The translations under genes were made by a program, and so were the position numbers. A stretch of DNA of 63,654 nucleotides, filler included, from Octopus bimaculoides (Eukaryota): the NCBI RefSeq assembly GCF_001194135.2. It is 4 parts of 4 records of this genome, joined end to end, with 100 filler letters (N's around TTAATTAATTAA, not from the genome) between each part and the next. Parts side by side here need not be neighbours in the genome. Positions count along the whole stretch, not along the records: positions 29,386 to 43,857 come from NC_069000.1; positions 43,958 to 57,611 come from NC_068988.1; 2 more parts are not named here. One strand, given 5' to 3'. Positions 38,042 through 49,254 of this stretch are shown here, one piece after another (the first letter of the stretch is position 1; every line of letters begins with the position of its first letter). Below the pieces are notes generated by a model. The model saw only the letters and a list, made by a program, of their open reading frames with translations. It did no database searches and was not told the origin of the DNA.

Positions 38042-38849
38042 CTCTCGCTTTTTCAATGAACGTCAAATTCATACATTCCTTGTGCACGTCTTCTTGTTAT
38101 TAATATTTTAATGTTCGTTTATTTGATTTGACTGTGAGTGTGTGTAGCTAAGTAACTGAAAAGAGGTGGGGGAAATGTCTACGATACTTGCAAAGAATCT
38201 CAGAATGAGGAAAATAGAAAAAAAATTCCCAGCTAAATTGGGTGAAATGGAAAAAGTGTTAGTCCAAAATTTCAAACTTGATAGAAGATACACACTAGAA
38301 GTGTAGCAAGGAAAAAGGAAAAACGATTTATCCAGGTGTAGAGGTGAAAAAACGCAACATTTTCTTTGGCTTATAATGTCTATTAATTTGGGGACGCCAA
38401 AAGTAACTCCGACCCCCAGAACTGAGAAGCTTTGTTATACCACTTAGAAGAAATTTAAATGCATTTCTGGGAGTAAAACAATTAATTATTCCACACGAAT
38501 CTTTTCAATGAAAATTGTCATAAATCTTTCCCTCGTTTTTTGTCTTTTTCGTTCTCGCTACAATTTCCTGAGAGAGTAAAAATCCAATTCATTCAAAGAG
38601 CAAATATAAGAAAAAAAGACAGAAATATACTTATTTATAGGCGTTGTATTGTGTCTTATGCAAATATAGTAATTTATTCAACCAATCACGTTGTTCTATT
38701 TTATTTGAATAATAATAATATATAAATATGTTTGTTATTTAGCTTTATAGATATATGTAAATATTTTGGCTTTAGAAGAAGCTAATTTTTTTTATTACCC
38801 ACAAGGGGCCACGAAGAGGGGACAAACAAAACATGTGGGGGACATATAA

Positions 38850-39038
38850 CGTATGAAAAATGAATGACTGCAGCCATGCTGGAGCACCACCTTTAGTTGA
38901 GTTATTTTTTTGTAAGCCTAGTACTTATTCAATTAGTTTCTTTTGCCGAACTGCTAAGTTACGGGGATGTAAACACACAAGCATTGGTTGTCAGGCAATT
39001 TTGGTGGGGACAAACACACACACAGACATATACACACA

Positions 39039-39115
<77 letters not shown>

Positions 39116-39193
39116 TATATACAAATATATATATATATGTGTGTGTGTGTATGTATATATATATATACACATATATATGTGTGTGTGTGTATG

Positions 39194-39225
<32 letters not shown>

Positions 39226-39378
39226 CGATGGACTTCTTTCAGTTTCCATCTACCAAATCCACTCACAAGGCTTTAGTCGGCCCGAGGCTATAGTAGAAGA
39301 TACTTGCCCAAGGTGTCGCACAGTTGGACTTAACCCGGAACCGTGTGGTTGGTAAACAAGCTACTTACCACACAGTCA
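38850..39378 (-). mobile_element. SINE family D with an expanded internal (TA)/(TG) microsatellite
   Basis: Reverse complement of 56019-56415, with about 215 nt of internal microsatellite. Confidence 0.85.
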
Positions 39379-39390
39379 CAATTTTTTAAA

Positions 39391-39670
39391 AGTCTGGTAC
39401 TTATCTTGTTGGTCCTCTTTTTTATTTTTTTCAAACTGTTTACAGAGATACAGACAAACCAAAATTAAGTTGTCAAGTGATGAGGAAGAACACACACACA
39501 CACACACATTTGACAGGTTTCTACACAGTTTCCATCTACTAAATTCACTCAGAAGGCATTAGTCAGCCCAGGGCTATACTAGAAGGCACTTACTTGTCCA
39601 AAGTGCTGTGTAGTAGGACTGAACCCAAAACCATATGATTGTAAAGCAAGCTTGTTGACCTCACAGCAAT
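39391..39670 (-). mobile_element. SINE family D (older copy, tandem to the previous one)
   Basis: cagtttccatctactaaattcactcagaaggc..ggactgaaccc. Confidence 0.7.
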
Positions 39671-39811
39671 GTCTAAATGGATTTCACCTTGGAACCCGTA
39701 TTTCTATATGATGGAGTGAGATACCCTAAGACAATTGAAGGTCAAATTGACCAAAATGATGTGTAGAAACAAGGAAGTGTTATTCTTTACAATCATAGTA
39801 AGTCTTCAGCA

Positions 39812-40270
39812 TTATCATCATCATTATTCCAACGTCCATGTTGGACAGTTTGATAGGATCTGACGTACCTAAAGACTGCATCATGCTTCAGAGTCTCTGC
39901 CTTGGCAGGGTTTCAATGGTTGGATGCACTTCTTAATGCCAACCACTTTATAGTATGTGCTGGTTGTTTTTTTTTTCTTTTTTCTTTGTGTGTGTAACCA
40001 GCACTAGTGAGGTTACCATTTGCTTATGAGACTAAGAAACCCAAGTAAAGTGGGGAGTATTTATGTTAGGAGAATATGGAGTAGAGAAAGGGTATAAGAG
40101 GGGTTATTATGAGAGAAAAGGGCCAGGGAAGAACAGGTTTCTTGCTGTAGTGTAACTATATGAATACAGACGTTTTAGAAGAGAAGGTGATGGTGGGGGG
40201 GTGAAAAGGGATAAAAGCGTTGTTATCAGGTGTCAGGGTGGATCTTCAAGGTACCAGGTGAATATGAGTA
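39812..40270 (-). mobile_element. Retroposon 3'-tail repeat ((GAT)n-ended, RTE-like)
   Basis: (CAT)n followed by aacgtcc..ggatgcacttcttaatgccaaccacttt; the same family as 60515-61000. Confidence 0.5.
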
Positions 40271-40289
40271 AAGAGAATCATCAGTTTAG

Positions 40290-40343
40290 TATTTTAATAG
40301 TTTTCAGTCATTTTTTTACTTTCTTTTTTTTTTTTTCTTCCAG
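40290..40343 (+). promoter_or_regulatory. 3' splice site (branch-like TTAAT, long pyrimidine tract, CAG) ending 20 nt upstream of the AFF-like ATG
   Basis: ttttaatagttttcagtcatttttttactttcttttttttttttttcttccag|ttgtattttatatcaagatcATG. Confidence 0.6.
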
Positions 40344-40363
40344 TTGTATTTTATATCAAGATC

Positions 40364-43300
40364 ATGGCAAATAGTGAAGAATCTATGAAAACCATTCCAG
40401 TATTTGGTTCTCCGTGTCGTATATTTGAAATGAATGAGGATCCGATAAACCAAAAGTGTAAAAGAATTCTTGGAAACTATGAACTTATGCAGAACTTTAT
40501 TTCTGATTTTATATACATCTCCTCACAAGAACGTCCTGAAATTCTACACAATTTTCCAGATCGCAGGCTTGATGTTTCATACAGAGGAATCGGCCCTTTC
40601 CCCAAAAATATGCAACCAGATGTTAAGGTTCCCCCGNNNNNNNNNNNNNNNNNNNNNNNNNNNNNNNNNNNNNNNNNNNNNNNNNNNNNNNNNNNNNNNN
40701 NNNNNNNNNNNNNNNNNNNNNNNNNNNNNNNNNNNNNNNNNNNNNNNNNNNNNNNNNNNNNNNNNNNNNNNNNNNNNNNNNNNNNNNNNNNNNNNNNNNN
40801 NNNNNNNNNNNNNNNNNNNNNNNNNNNNNNNNNNNNNNNNNNNNNNNNNNNNNNNNNNNNNNNNNNNNNNNNNNNNNNNNNNNNNNNNNNNNNNNNNNNN
40901 NNNNNNNNNNNNNNNNNNNNNNNNNNNNNNNNNNNNNNNNNNNNNNNNNNNNNNNNNNNNNNNNCATAGGCCTACGCAATCATCTCTTTTACCAACATCT
41001 GGTCAAACAATGACCCTTCAAAAAAATGGAGTCAGTAACGATATGTATTGTAAACCAGAACAACAGGAGATAAGAGATGGTCAAACTCTGATTACTGACA
41101 TGAGAAAGGATTCATCGAAAGACAGAAATGTCGAAGAAATATTTAGGCTGACAATTGTAAAATCAGCTCTTGAGCCTCCCCTCTCCCCAATTTCTTCACC
41201 CATAAATGAATGGAAAAATTCTAAGCAACTGGATCAAAGTTTGTCAAGGCCAATTAGCAATAAACCAATCATTTCTCTACAGACTATATTCTCTGAAATT
41301 ATTACCAATTTAAAGCCACTTAGTCCTATTAAAAGTCCAAAATTTAAAAACACTGAAAATAATGATTTGGAACCTTGTACAGAAAATGTTGAACTCAATA
41401 CCTGGTCTTCTCCTGTCGATGACCTTAACATAAAACAGAAATCTGAAAATATGAAAGAATGGAAAAAAAGACATATTTTGGAACCGCAATATTCACAATT
41501 CTCTGTTGTAAAGCAGAGTTCAAGACGAGCTTATGTATCTGATAATAAAAATTCTTCAGTTGTTTCTGTCCACACATCTCCAACTGCACCAATGTATGAT
41601 AGCGAGATTAAATATGGAATTGAAGAAATCAATAAAAAATTGTATTACCCTAGAAGTGATTCCTATAGTGTCAAAATAACGACTAAAACAGAAAAATATC
41701 TTCCAAGTTTGGATAATATAGCCAACTGTTCATTGCCGAAAGAAAGAAAAGATTTGTCACAAGGTTTTAACTACATAAAAAGTGACAAATCTGTTGTAAA
41801 CGAAACGAAAAATGACTTAACAAATAGGATGGAATATAACTTTAACATGTCAAAGGAACAAAAGTGTTCAATGACAGTGCATCAGGTTGTACCACATGTT
41901 AATGCTGTGGATGAAAATAAATACATGAAACAGACGAAATACACTTACATAAACGAGATACAAGATGAAAAGAGTATTAAGATCATTGCCAAAGAAAGTC
42001 CTTTAAAAGAACCGAGCTACAAATATCAATACAAAACTGAACACCAGTCGCCTTCCTGTGAAATACCTTTTGCAAATACATCTGAAATATCTCCGCATAA
42101 AATTACATTTTCTAGTGAAAATGTCTTGGAGAATAAATTTTCAAAAGACGATCATCTGACACAGATTGTTAATACACAGGAATTTGTAAAACCTTATTCA
42201 ACTGGAACTTATCAAAAAAGCTTGAGGCCCTGTCTCAATATAGAAAAAGATATATCAGCTGCTCTGATTTTTTCTTCTCCTAAATACAAAGTCAGCCCAT
42301 TTGACATCTTCAATAACAGATGCTCACTTCTGAGACTCCCTATTTATTCTCTTACACAAAGGGAAAAGAAATTAGTCATCAAAATTCCATTGACATTATT
42401 GGATAGGAAACTAAAAATAAAAATGAAGTCTAAATTTGATGAGAATAATAAAAAGAGAATGCAGCGTTCATATTTTACTAGAAAAAAGTGGAATATATGC
42501 ATCATAGTGAAAATAAAAACTGCTTTACTTCATAAAATACCTTATTGTTGTATTCAGAAAGACATAAAAGCTTTAAGGTCAATGCCATATCCTCAGAAGC
42601 ACAGAAGAGTAAAGAGTGAGGGCCTATTCAAGACAAATACACACCTGTTAGGATCTGGGTTATTAGAAACTCACTGCTACAATGATTCAAGTTCTTACAA
42701 TGCAAGGGCCAATTATTTAAAAGACCAAGCTAAAATAATGCAACCAGCAGCTCAAAAGTTTTTGAAATTAATGTCTGCAATGTGGTATATTATGTGTGGC
42801 CATAGAATGGAAGAGGAACGAGTATCCCATAATTCTGTAATAACATTTTTTCAGACTACTTTTGAGTTTTTGGGTAAAATTGGCCATTTTAATGATTCCA
42901 GGATGGAAGCATTGAAACTTTTACTCCAAACTGCAGCAGCTCAAAAGATTTACCTCTTAAGAAATTTCAAAATGAAACAGCTCAAAATTGATTTAACTGA
43001 AGAATCAAAGACAGTGTTTGGTAAGCATTTTCCTTCCCAGCAGTTCGGTAATTATATTCGGCAACATTCTAATTTATCACAGAAGGAAAATTACCATTCA
43101 ATAATTGTCTCAAGACACTGGCTTTCTTTGAATAATGATTACGTTGAAATACTAGAACTTCTTGTACAAAGTAACCAATTTTGGATGGAATCACAAAATT
43201 TGATGCAAGAAAACAAAGAATTCTTTACACTTTTTGGAAATAAATGGCAAACACTTTCATTAAATGAACATATTCCAACAGTGGTTGACTTTGTCAAAGA

Positions 43301-43385
43301 CTGTTTGGAATTATTGCAACCAAAAGAATTGAAAATTTACACAGAATTCCAAAAGCATATTCAATTTGAAAATGATTTTCTCTAA
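40364..43385 (+). CDS. AFF4-like: AF4/FMR2 (AFF/lilliputian) family transcription elongation scaffold, intronless paralog, about 1000 aa
   Basis: ATG in strong context (atcATGG). N-terminal PVFGSPCRIFEMNEDPINQKCKRILGNYELMQNFISD matches AFF4 [57 protein letters not shown] matches the AFF [22 protein letters not shown] box. LVIKIPLTLL matches the AF9/ENL-binding LIVKIDLNLL. The C-terminal YNARANYLKDQA..IMCGHRMEE..FWMESQNLMQENKEFF..VVDFVKDCLELL matches the CHD. There are 91 open codons before the gap (40637-40964) and 806 after it. The gap length is an estimate, so the one-base frame offset is not evidence of a frameshift. Confidence 0.9.
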
Positions 43386-43753
43386 TGGAATCGGTTCATC
43401 ATTCGACCTGTGCTCCATTCTCACACTAAATTTACATCACTTATAAAAGAACTTCCATAAATACAGATGTACTGTTTAAAATTTGTTCTTTTCTATTTTT
43501 TGGAACTCTTCAAATGATATAGAATTTAAAGGCATCGACCAACCAAAACCCAAGTAAATAAGTATATAGTTAATGATATTTAAATTTAGAACAAAACAGG
43601 GAAGTGAAGTATTATATTCATTTTAAACTGTGGGGCCCAAAAATATTATCAGCTGTTATTTATATCTTTTCCGCTTTGAGTTCGACAGTGAAAAACAAAT
43701 TATTAACTTTTATAAGTACCCCTAGAAAAATATAAATACTTTTTCGATGTTTT

Positions 43754-43759
43754 ATTAAA
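43754..43759 (+). promoter_or_regulatory. Possible polyadenylation signal (ATTAAA) of the AFF-like gene
   Basis: ATTAAA about 370 nt after the stop, followed by GT- and T-rich sequence. Such hexamers are common by chance in AT-rich DNA. Confidence 0.25.
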
Positions 43760-43822
43760 TTGTGGTAACACCGAATAATTTGCAATAACACTTTCCTGAA
43801 GTGTGTATACACTTTTTTTTTC

Positions 43823-43857
<35 letters not shown>

Positions 43858-43957
43858 NNNNNNNNNNNNNNNNNNNNNNNNNNNNNNNNNNNNNNNNNNN
43901 NTTAATTAATTAANNNNNNNNNNNNNNNNNNNNNNNNNNNNNNNNNNNNNNNNNNNN
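43858..43957. other. Artificial 100-nt assembly spacer
   Basis: 44N-TTAATTAATTAA-44N. Confidence 0.85.
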
Positions 43958-43958
43958 T

Positions 43959-44010
<52 letters not shown>

Positions 44011-44412
44011 AAATAACTAGTTATTTCTCTATTTAACTACTTCCTACATAGATCATTCTTGTGGGGTTTCTTTTTACGAAGCAGAAAACATAAATGATTT
44101 AAGAAGCTACATACACATCTTTCACTTTATATCTCTTTTATCTATAAATTTTTTGCGTACTTCCAGTTCAGCGCTTTCGGTCCCTAAATATTTATGATTG
44201 TTTCACATTGTCTCGAGCAGAAACATACGTAAATACACACTCACATATACTTATTCATATACACACCCATCCAGGTCCAATTCAGGCCTCTCATTATTCA
44301 TATATTCACCTATTTGCAAGCTCATAGTGTGCACAAACACACACATACACACGAATAGAGGTACACACATACGCACATTCGCACGCAAACAAGCACACAC
44401 ACATACGCATAC

Positions 44413-44450
<38 letters not shown>

Positions 44451-45551
44451 ACTTGTAACGTTCTCAAATTTGTTTTTCTTTCACACAATATTTAATCAAC
44501 TCGCTCGTATATTTAGTTGGATTAACACTCTATCCTCTTTACTAACAAAAACTGACGCTATTGACATGTGTCCTTATCAGTATTCAACTAACACAACGAC
44601 CAGGAGACAAGATGTCAGCCAACTAAGGAGAAACTGTTCAAACAAATCGGAAGTCATCCATTTTGTTTCTAAATCAAATAATGTTTGCGTAGAGAAAAGA
44701 TTTGCTTTGTCATTTTAAAAAAAGGAACATGAACTATTTTACTTTTTCGCATTTTCTCATTTTTTTATTTTACTCTTTGTGTACGTATATTTTTTTAAAC
44801 TTTCACATCAGATTAAATAAACGACGTTCTTTACGCAATTCTTCATCCAAAGTTCGATTTCTGCTTGAATTATTTCCTGTCGTTTACTGTTACAGTTTTT
44901 GTGTTTAACTCTTTAAGGAGATGTTTTCAATAAAGAAATTTACACAAAGCAAAGCTGTTTCTCGTTATTCTAGCATAGACAAGGGAGCTCAGATTGAGTG
45001 CTAAGTTCCCATGACTCACTTTAAAGTGGCGTCAACTGAAAAGATTAAAGTCGCGACTGATAGATCATTGAATATAATAACTTACAGTATTTGTCCCAGC
45101 CCCTTACTTTCTAAGTTCATATGTCCCCCACTTGGTATTTCATCCATTTGAAGCCGAAAAAATATAACAACAATCAGTTGCCGAGATCAACAGCGTCGAT
45201 TCAACTCACTCAGGCGTTCTGCTTAGGCTACAAACGTTCATGATTAATCAGTTGAGAGACAGTATTGCCAGAGCAGCCATTATGTAACTTTTTTCCGGTT
45301 CTTATCCTGTCCACATTAATTTTAGCTCTCAGCCGTTAGAGGTTGATAAAATAAAGTACTAGTAAACTAGAGATATGAATGAAATCAAATAACACGTTTA
45401 ATCAAAAATTGCTTGATTTGTGACTAAAATATTATTATTATCATCCTCCTCCTCCTCATCATCATCATCATCATCATTATTACCTTCTTAAAATTTTGTT
45501 TCCATTTCTTGCTGAGTGTCTTCCCAACACCTAGGACAGAGAAACTCAGTG

Positions 45552-46414
45552 TACGAGGGTGTACCCAAAAGTAACCGGAAACGTTCACTATGCATCAAAC
45601 CCTTTGTAGTTCAGGTTTCCGCAGCTAGAAACAACTTGATGTGATCCTCAGGCATCAGGCTGCCAATCGGCGTCGTCGTGTGTAGTTCTACAGCCATGTA
45701 GTGCGTTTTGGCTTTGCAGTGCTTCTCCCCTAATCGTCGAATTTTGCGATGACTGAAATAAAGAAACAGCGTGCTGCAGTGAAATCCTGATTTCTACTGG
45801 GGAAAACGGCAGACGAAGCTTCAGGCTTCAAACAGGTTACAAGGACGCTGCCGTAACCAAAACACCTTATGAATGGTAACTCGTGGCTTGAAGACCAACA
45901 TCGTTCGGGACGACCGTCGACCTCCCGAACGAATGTAAAAATCACGGAAACTGCTGGACTGATCCATGAGGACCGTCGCCGCACAACTGACGTTAGTATG
46001 GCTGGTGTGTGCTGGAGCTCCTGCCAATGAATTTTGAGCGAGGAATTGCAAATAATAAGAGTTGTAGCAAAATGTGTGCCTCACTTGCTCACGGAAAATC
46101 AAAAGCAGTCATAACTGAACTGAAAAAAACAATTGGAAGTTGATCCAGACATGTTTTCGCAGGTCATCACCGGTGACGAAAGAAGGTGCTACAGAATTTT
46201 CAGATGTGGAAGAGCTGAAGAAACAAACGATGGAGGGGTTAAAAGGCGTCACTTCGCAAGAGTTCCAGCACTGCTTCGAATAGTAGAAAATGCGCCTGGA
46301 CCAATATATTGTTTCAAATGGGGAAGAATTTGAAGGTTATAAAAGTATAAACATGTAAAACTACGCGAATAGAATAAGATTGCAAAATTCCGGACACGCT
46401 TCTATATCCTCGTA
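45552..46414 (+). mobile_element. Internally deleted mariner element with TA target-site duplication
   Basis: TAcgagggtgtacccaaaagtaaccggaa ... ttccggacacgcttctatatcctcgTA termini. Decayed MTEIKKQRAAVK, SGRPSTSR, AKCVPHLL and VITGDE are joined directly to FSDVEELKKQ..EFQHCFE. Confidence 0.85.
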
Positions 46415-46555
46415 TACATTGATAGACCATTAAAATAAACACATCAGATTGTTTATTTACAAAGTCATGTGATAGAAATAATGGAAGAAAGGCAAAGAAA
46501 AGAAGGAAAGAAAAATACAAAAACGAAGAAAATAATGAGGAGAAGGACAGAAAAT

Positions 46556-47735
46556 TCACAGCGACAATGCTCTTCTCATTACATGTCATGTGACAGTTAA
46601 GACACTATTTTGCACTAACTGCATGGATGGTAAACCAGGGATCATCCTGAAATAATTTTCAGTCCTGTTTTCGATCAGCCCAAGTGCTCCTACAATCATT
46701 GGCATTGTAACCTTCTTGAGATGCGACATGCTTTCGATTTCAATCAGCTGATCTTTCTATTTTTTTGAGCTTATCAAATTCTTTTGCCGAGATATTATGA
46801 TCACAAGGTATGCTCATGCCAATCAATAGAGAGATTTTATTGTTTTGATCTTTCAAAAAATCATCTGGTTTACCAGATTTGATGGTCCGGTATGTACATA
46901 CTAGAAAGTCCGAAAGAACTGTTATATTTACTCTCTTTGTTACAGCCTCAGGATGGTGTCTGTACCGTTTGTCAGCTGTTTTTATTTCATAATGCTGACA
47001 TATTATAAAGTGTAGATTTTAACCAATTCTGTCATCTCTAGATTTATACTCTACAGGTCCTAAGACCTTACAACCAGAGATTAGTTGGTCCGCTGTTTCA
47101 ATTTCATTGTTGAAGTATCGAAACTTTTGGCCTACTCCATTTTCATCACGTTGGCTTGATAGTTCCGGGTCAATAAGCTCTGATCTTGAGCAGCTAAGAT
47201 AAAACATTCGCCTATGCCTTTAGCCCTGAGCTCCGTAGCCACTGATAAGTATGCATCAACTTGCTTGCTACGGGCCACATATTTGCCATGCAGAGGTTTG
47301 TGTTCCCACCTATCAGCCAGTTGTTCAAACGCATTTTTGCTTTGCTATTTCTTTGACCCCTTTTGCAACATCTGTTGCCGCACTCCTGTCATGTTGTTCA
47401 ATCTGGATTTCATACATGAATTAAGGTAAGGAAATTGTTTGCCCTCCATCATAACAGAATGAAGGTTCTTACGTTGCTCGTGCTTTTTAATGAGTTTTAG
47501 CATCTAGTCCTTAGATGTTTCAAGATAATTGTGGTGGTTTTGTAATAGATTTCAAACTGCATTAAGCCTAGATCTACTTGGATTCTGGGAAGGTAAAGGC
47601 GATCAGTGGATGCCTTTGGGTGGTGCATCTTATTGCAAGTCAGCAGCGTACGGATTTTCCTGTCAATCTTCGTTATTTCTCTCATATTTACATTGCAACT
47701 GTAAATAACAACAGGAAATATTAACGAATTTCTAA
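46556..47735 (-). mobile_element. R4/Dong-like LINE (restriction-like endonuclease), 3' part
   Basis: Minus-strand KIDRKIRTLLTCNKMHHPKASTDRLYLPR, PLHGKY, YQWLRSSGLK, AAQDQSLLTRNYQ, LISGCKVL, PD..IPCDHNISAKEFDKL and IVGALG. Confidence 0.85.
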
Positions 47736-49208
47736 TTAACACCTTGTTATATGCATTTAACGCGAATTTTAGGATTAGTCGAACTCTCTTGTAACATTCC
47801 TACTTCATTTTCATATGCATGTATGCGCATTTATATATATGTATCTATTTATAAACGTGTGTATATGTGCGTGTGCGTGTGTATGTGTGTGTGTGTGTGG
47901 GTGTGTGTACAGATATATTCATTAAACTGGGCAGTACCTTTCTAGTATCTCTAAGCGAAATATGTAGGGAATGGAACATATGCGTTCTTGTGTGTATGTA
48001 TGCATATGTATATGTTTGTGTGTCCGCGTGCACGTGCGTGTATGTGTGTGCGTGTACTGTATTCAGAAATTATGCGAGATCTAACACAATATTCACTGCG
48101 ATACAGCAGGATTCGCCACTTCAGACGGTATTAAAGAAACAGTACCTGAGTGACCAATGGATTGTTACTCAATATTCATCACAATAACGAATTTGATAGA
48201 CATGTATTAAATAATAAATTACGAACCAAAGTGTGCGGTTATATGGTTCAGTCGATACGCTGAACTACCTGGCAGACACTATATACTTGCTGATGCGCAC
48301 AACTCTTGTTAGTAAAACTGTAATATTTAATCAGTTCTTTCATTTCGCATACAACTTAATAACAGGGTGTATTACTTTAAATTTTGTCTATTGTCATTTT
48401 CTTATTTCAGTCATTGGACTGCAACTATGCGCGGTCAGCACCTTCAAGGGTTTTACCCCAACGAATCGAACACTGTACTTGGCTTGTATTAAGCCTGATA
48501 TTTATTTTATTGGCGTCCTATACCGAGCCCTCAAATTGTCGAGGACGTAAACAACTCAAAACTATCTGTAAAGCAATGGTGGGACACACACACACGTGCG
48601 CACACACGCATACACACCCAAACACGCACACGCACACACACATATTGAATATGTACACGAGTGAGTGAACGGACGAAGGGAAAGGGTACTTTTAGTTACT
48701 TAATGTAACATGAAAGTGACGGAATTCTGTTAGAGGTCTACAGAATTTAGTCGCAGGGAACCGAATAAAACTGCTTTAAATTATATANNNNNNNNNNNNN
48801 NNNNNNNNNNNNNNNNNNNNNNNNNNNNNNNNNNNNNNNNNNNNNNNNNNNNNNNNNNNNNNNNNNNNNNNNNNNNNNNNNNNNNNNNNNNNNNNNNNNN
48901 NNNNNNNNNNNNNNNNNNNNNNNNNNNNNNNNNNNNNNNNNNNNNNNNNNNNNNNNNNNNNNNNNNNNNNNNNNNNNNNNNNNNNNNNNNNNNNNNNNNN
49001 NNNNNNNNNNNNNNNNNNNNNNNNNNNNNNNNNNNNNNNNNNNNNNNNNNNNNNNNNNNNNNNNNNNNNNNNNNNNNNNNNNNNNNNNNNNNNNNNNNNN
49101 NNNNNNNNNNNNNNNNNNNNNNNNNNNNNNNNNNNNNNNNNNNNNNNNNNNNNNNNNNNNNNNNNNNNNNNNNNNNNNNNNNNNNNNNNNNNNNNNNNNN
49201 NNNNNNNN

Positions 49209-49254
<46 letters not shown>

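Noticed and set aside
40470-40636. N-terminus METMNLCRTLF... of the 971-aa ORF in the track
   Set aside because: Wrong frame, joined through Ns. The AFF homology is in the frame starting at 40364.
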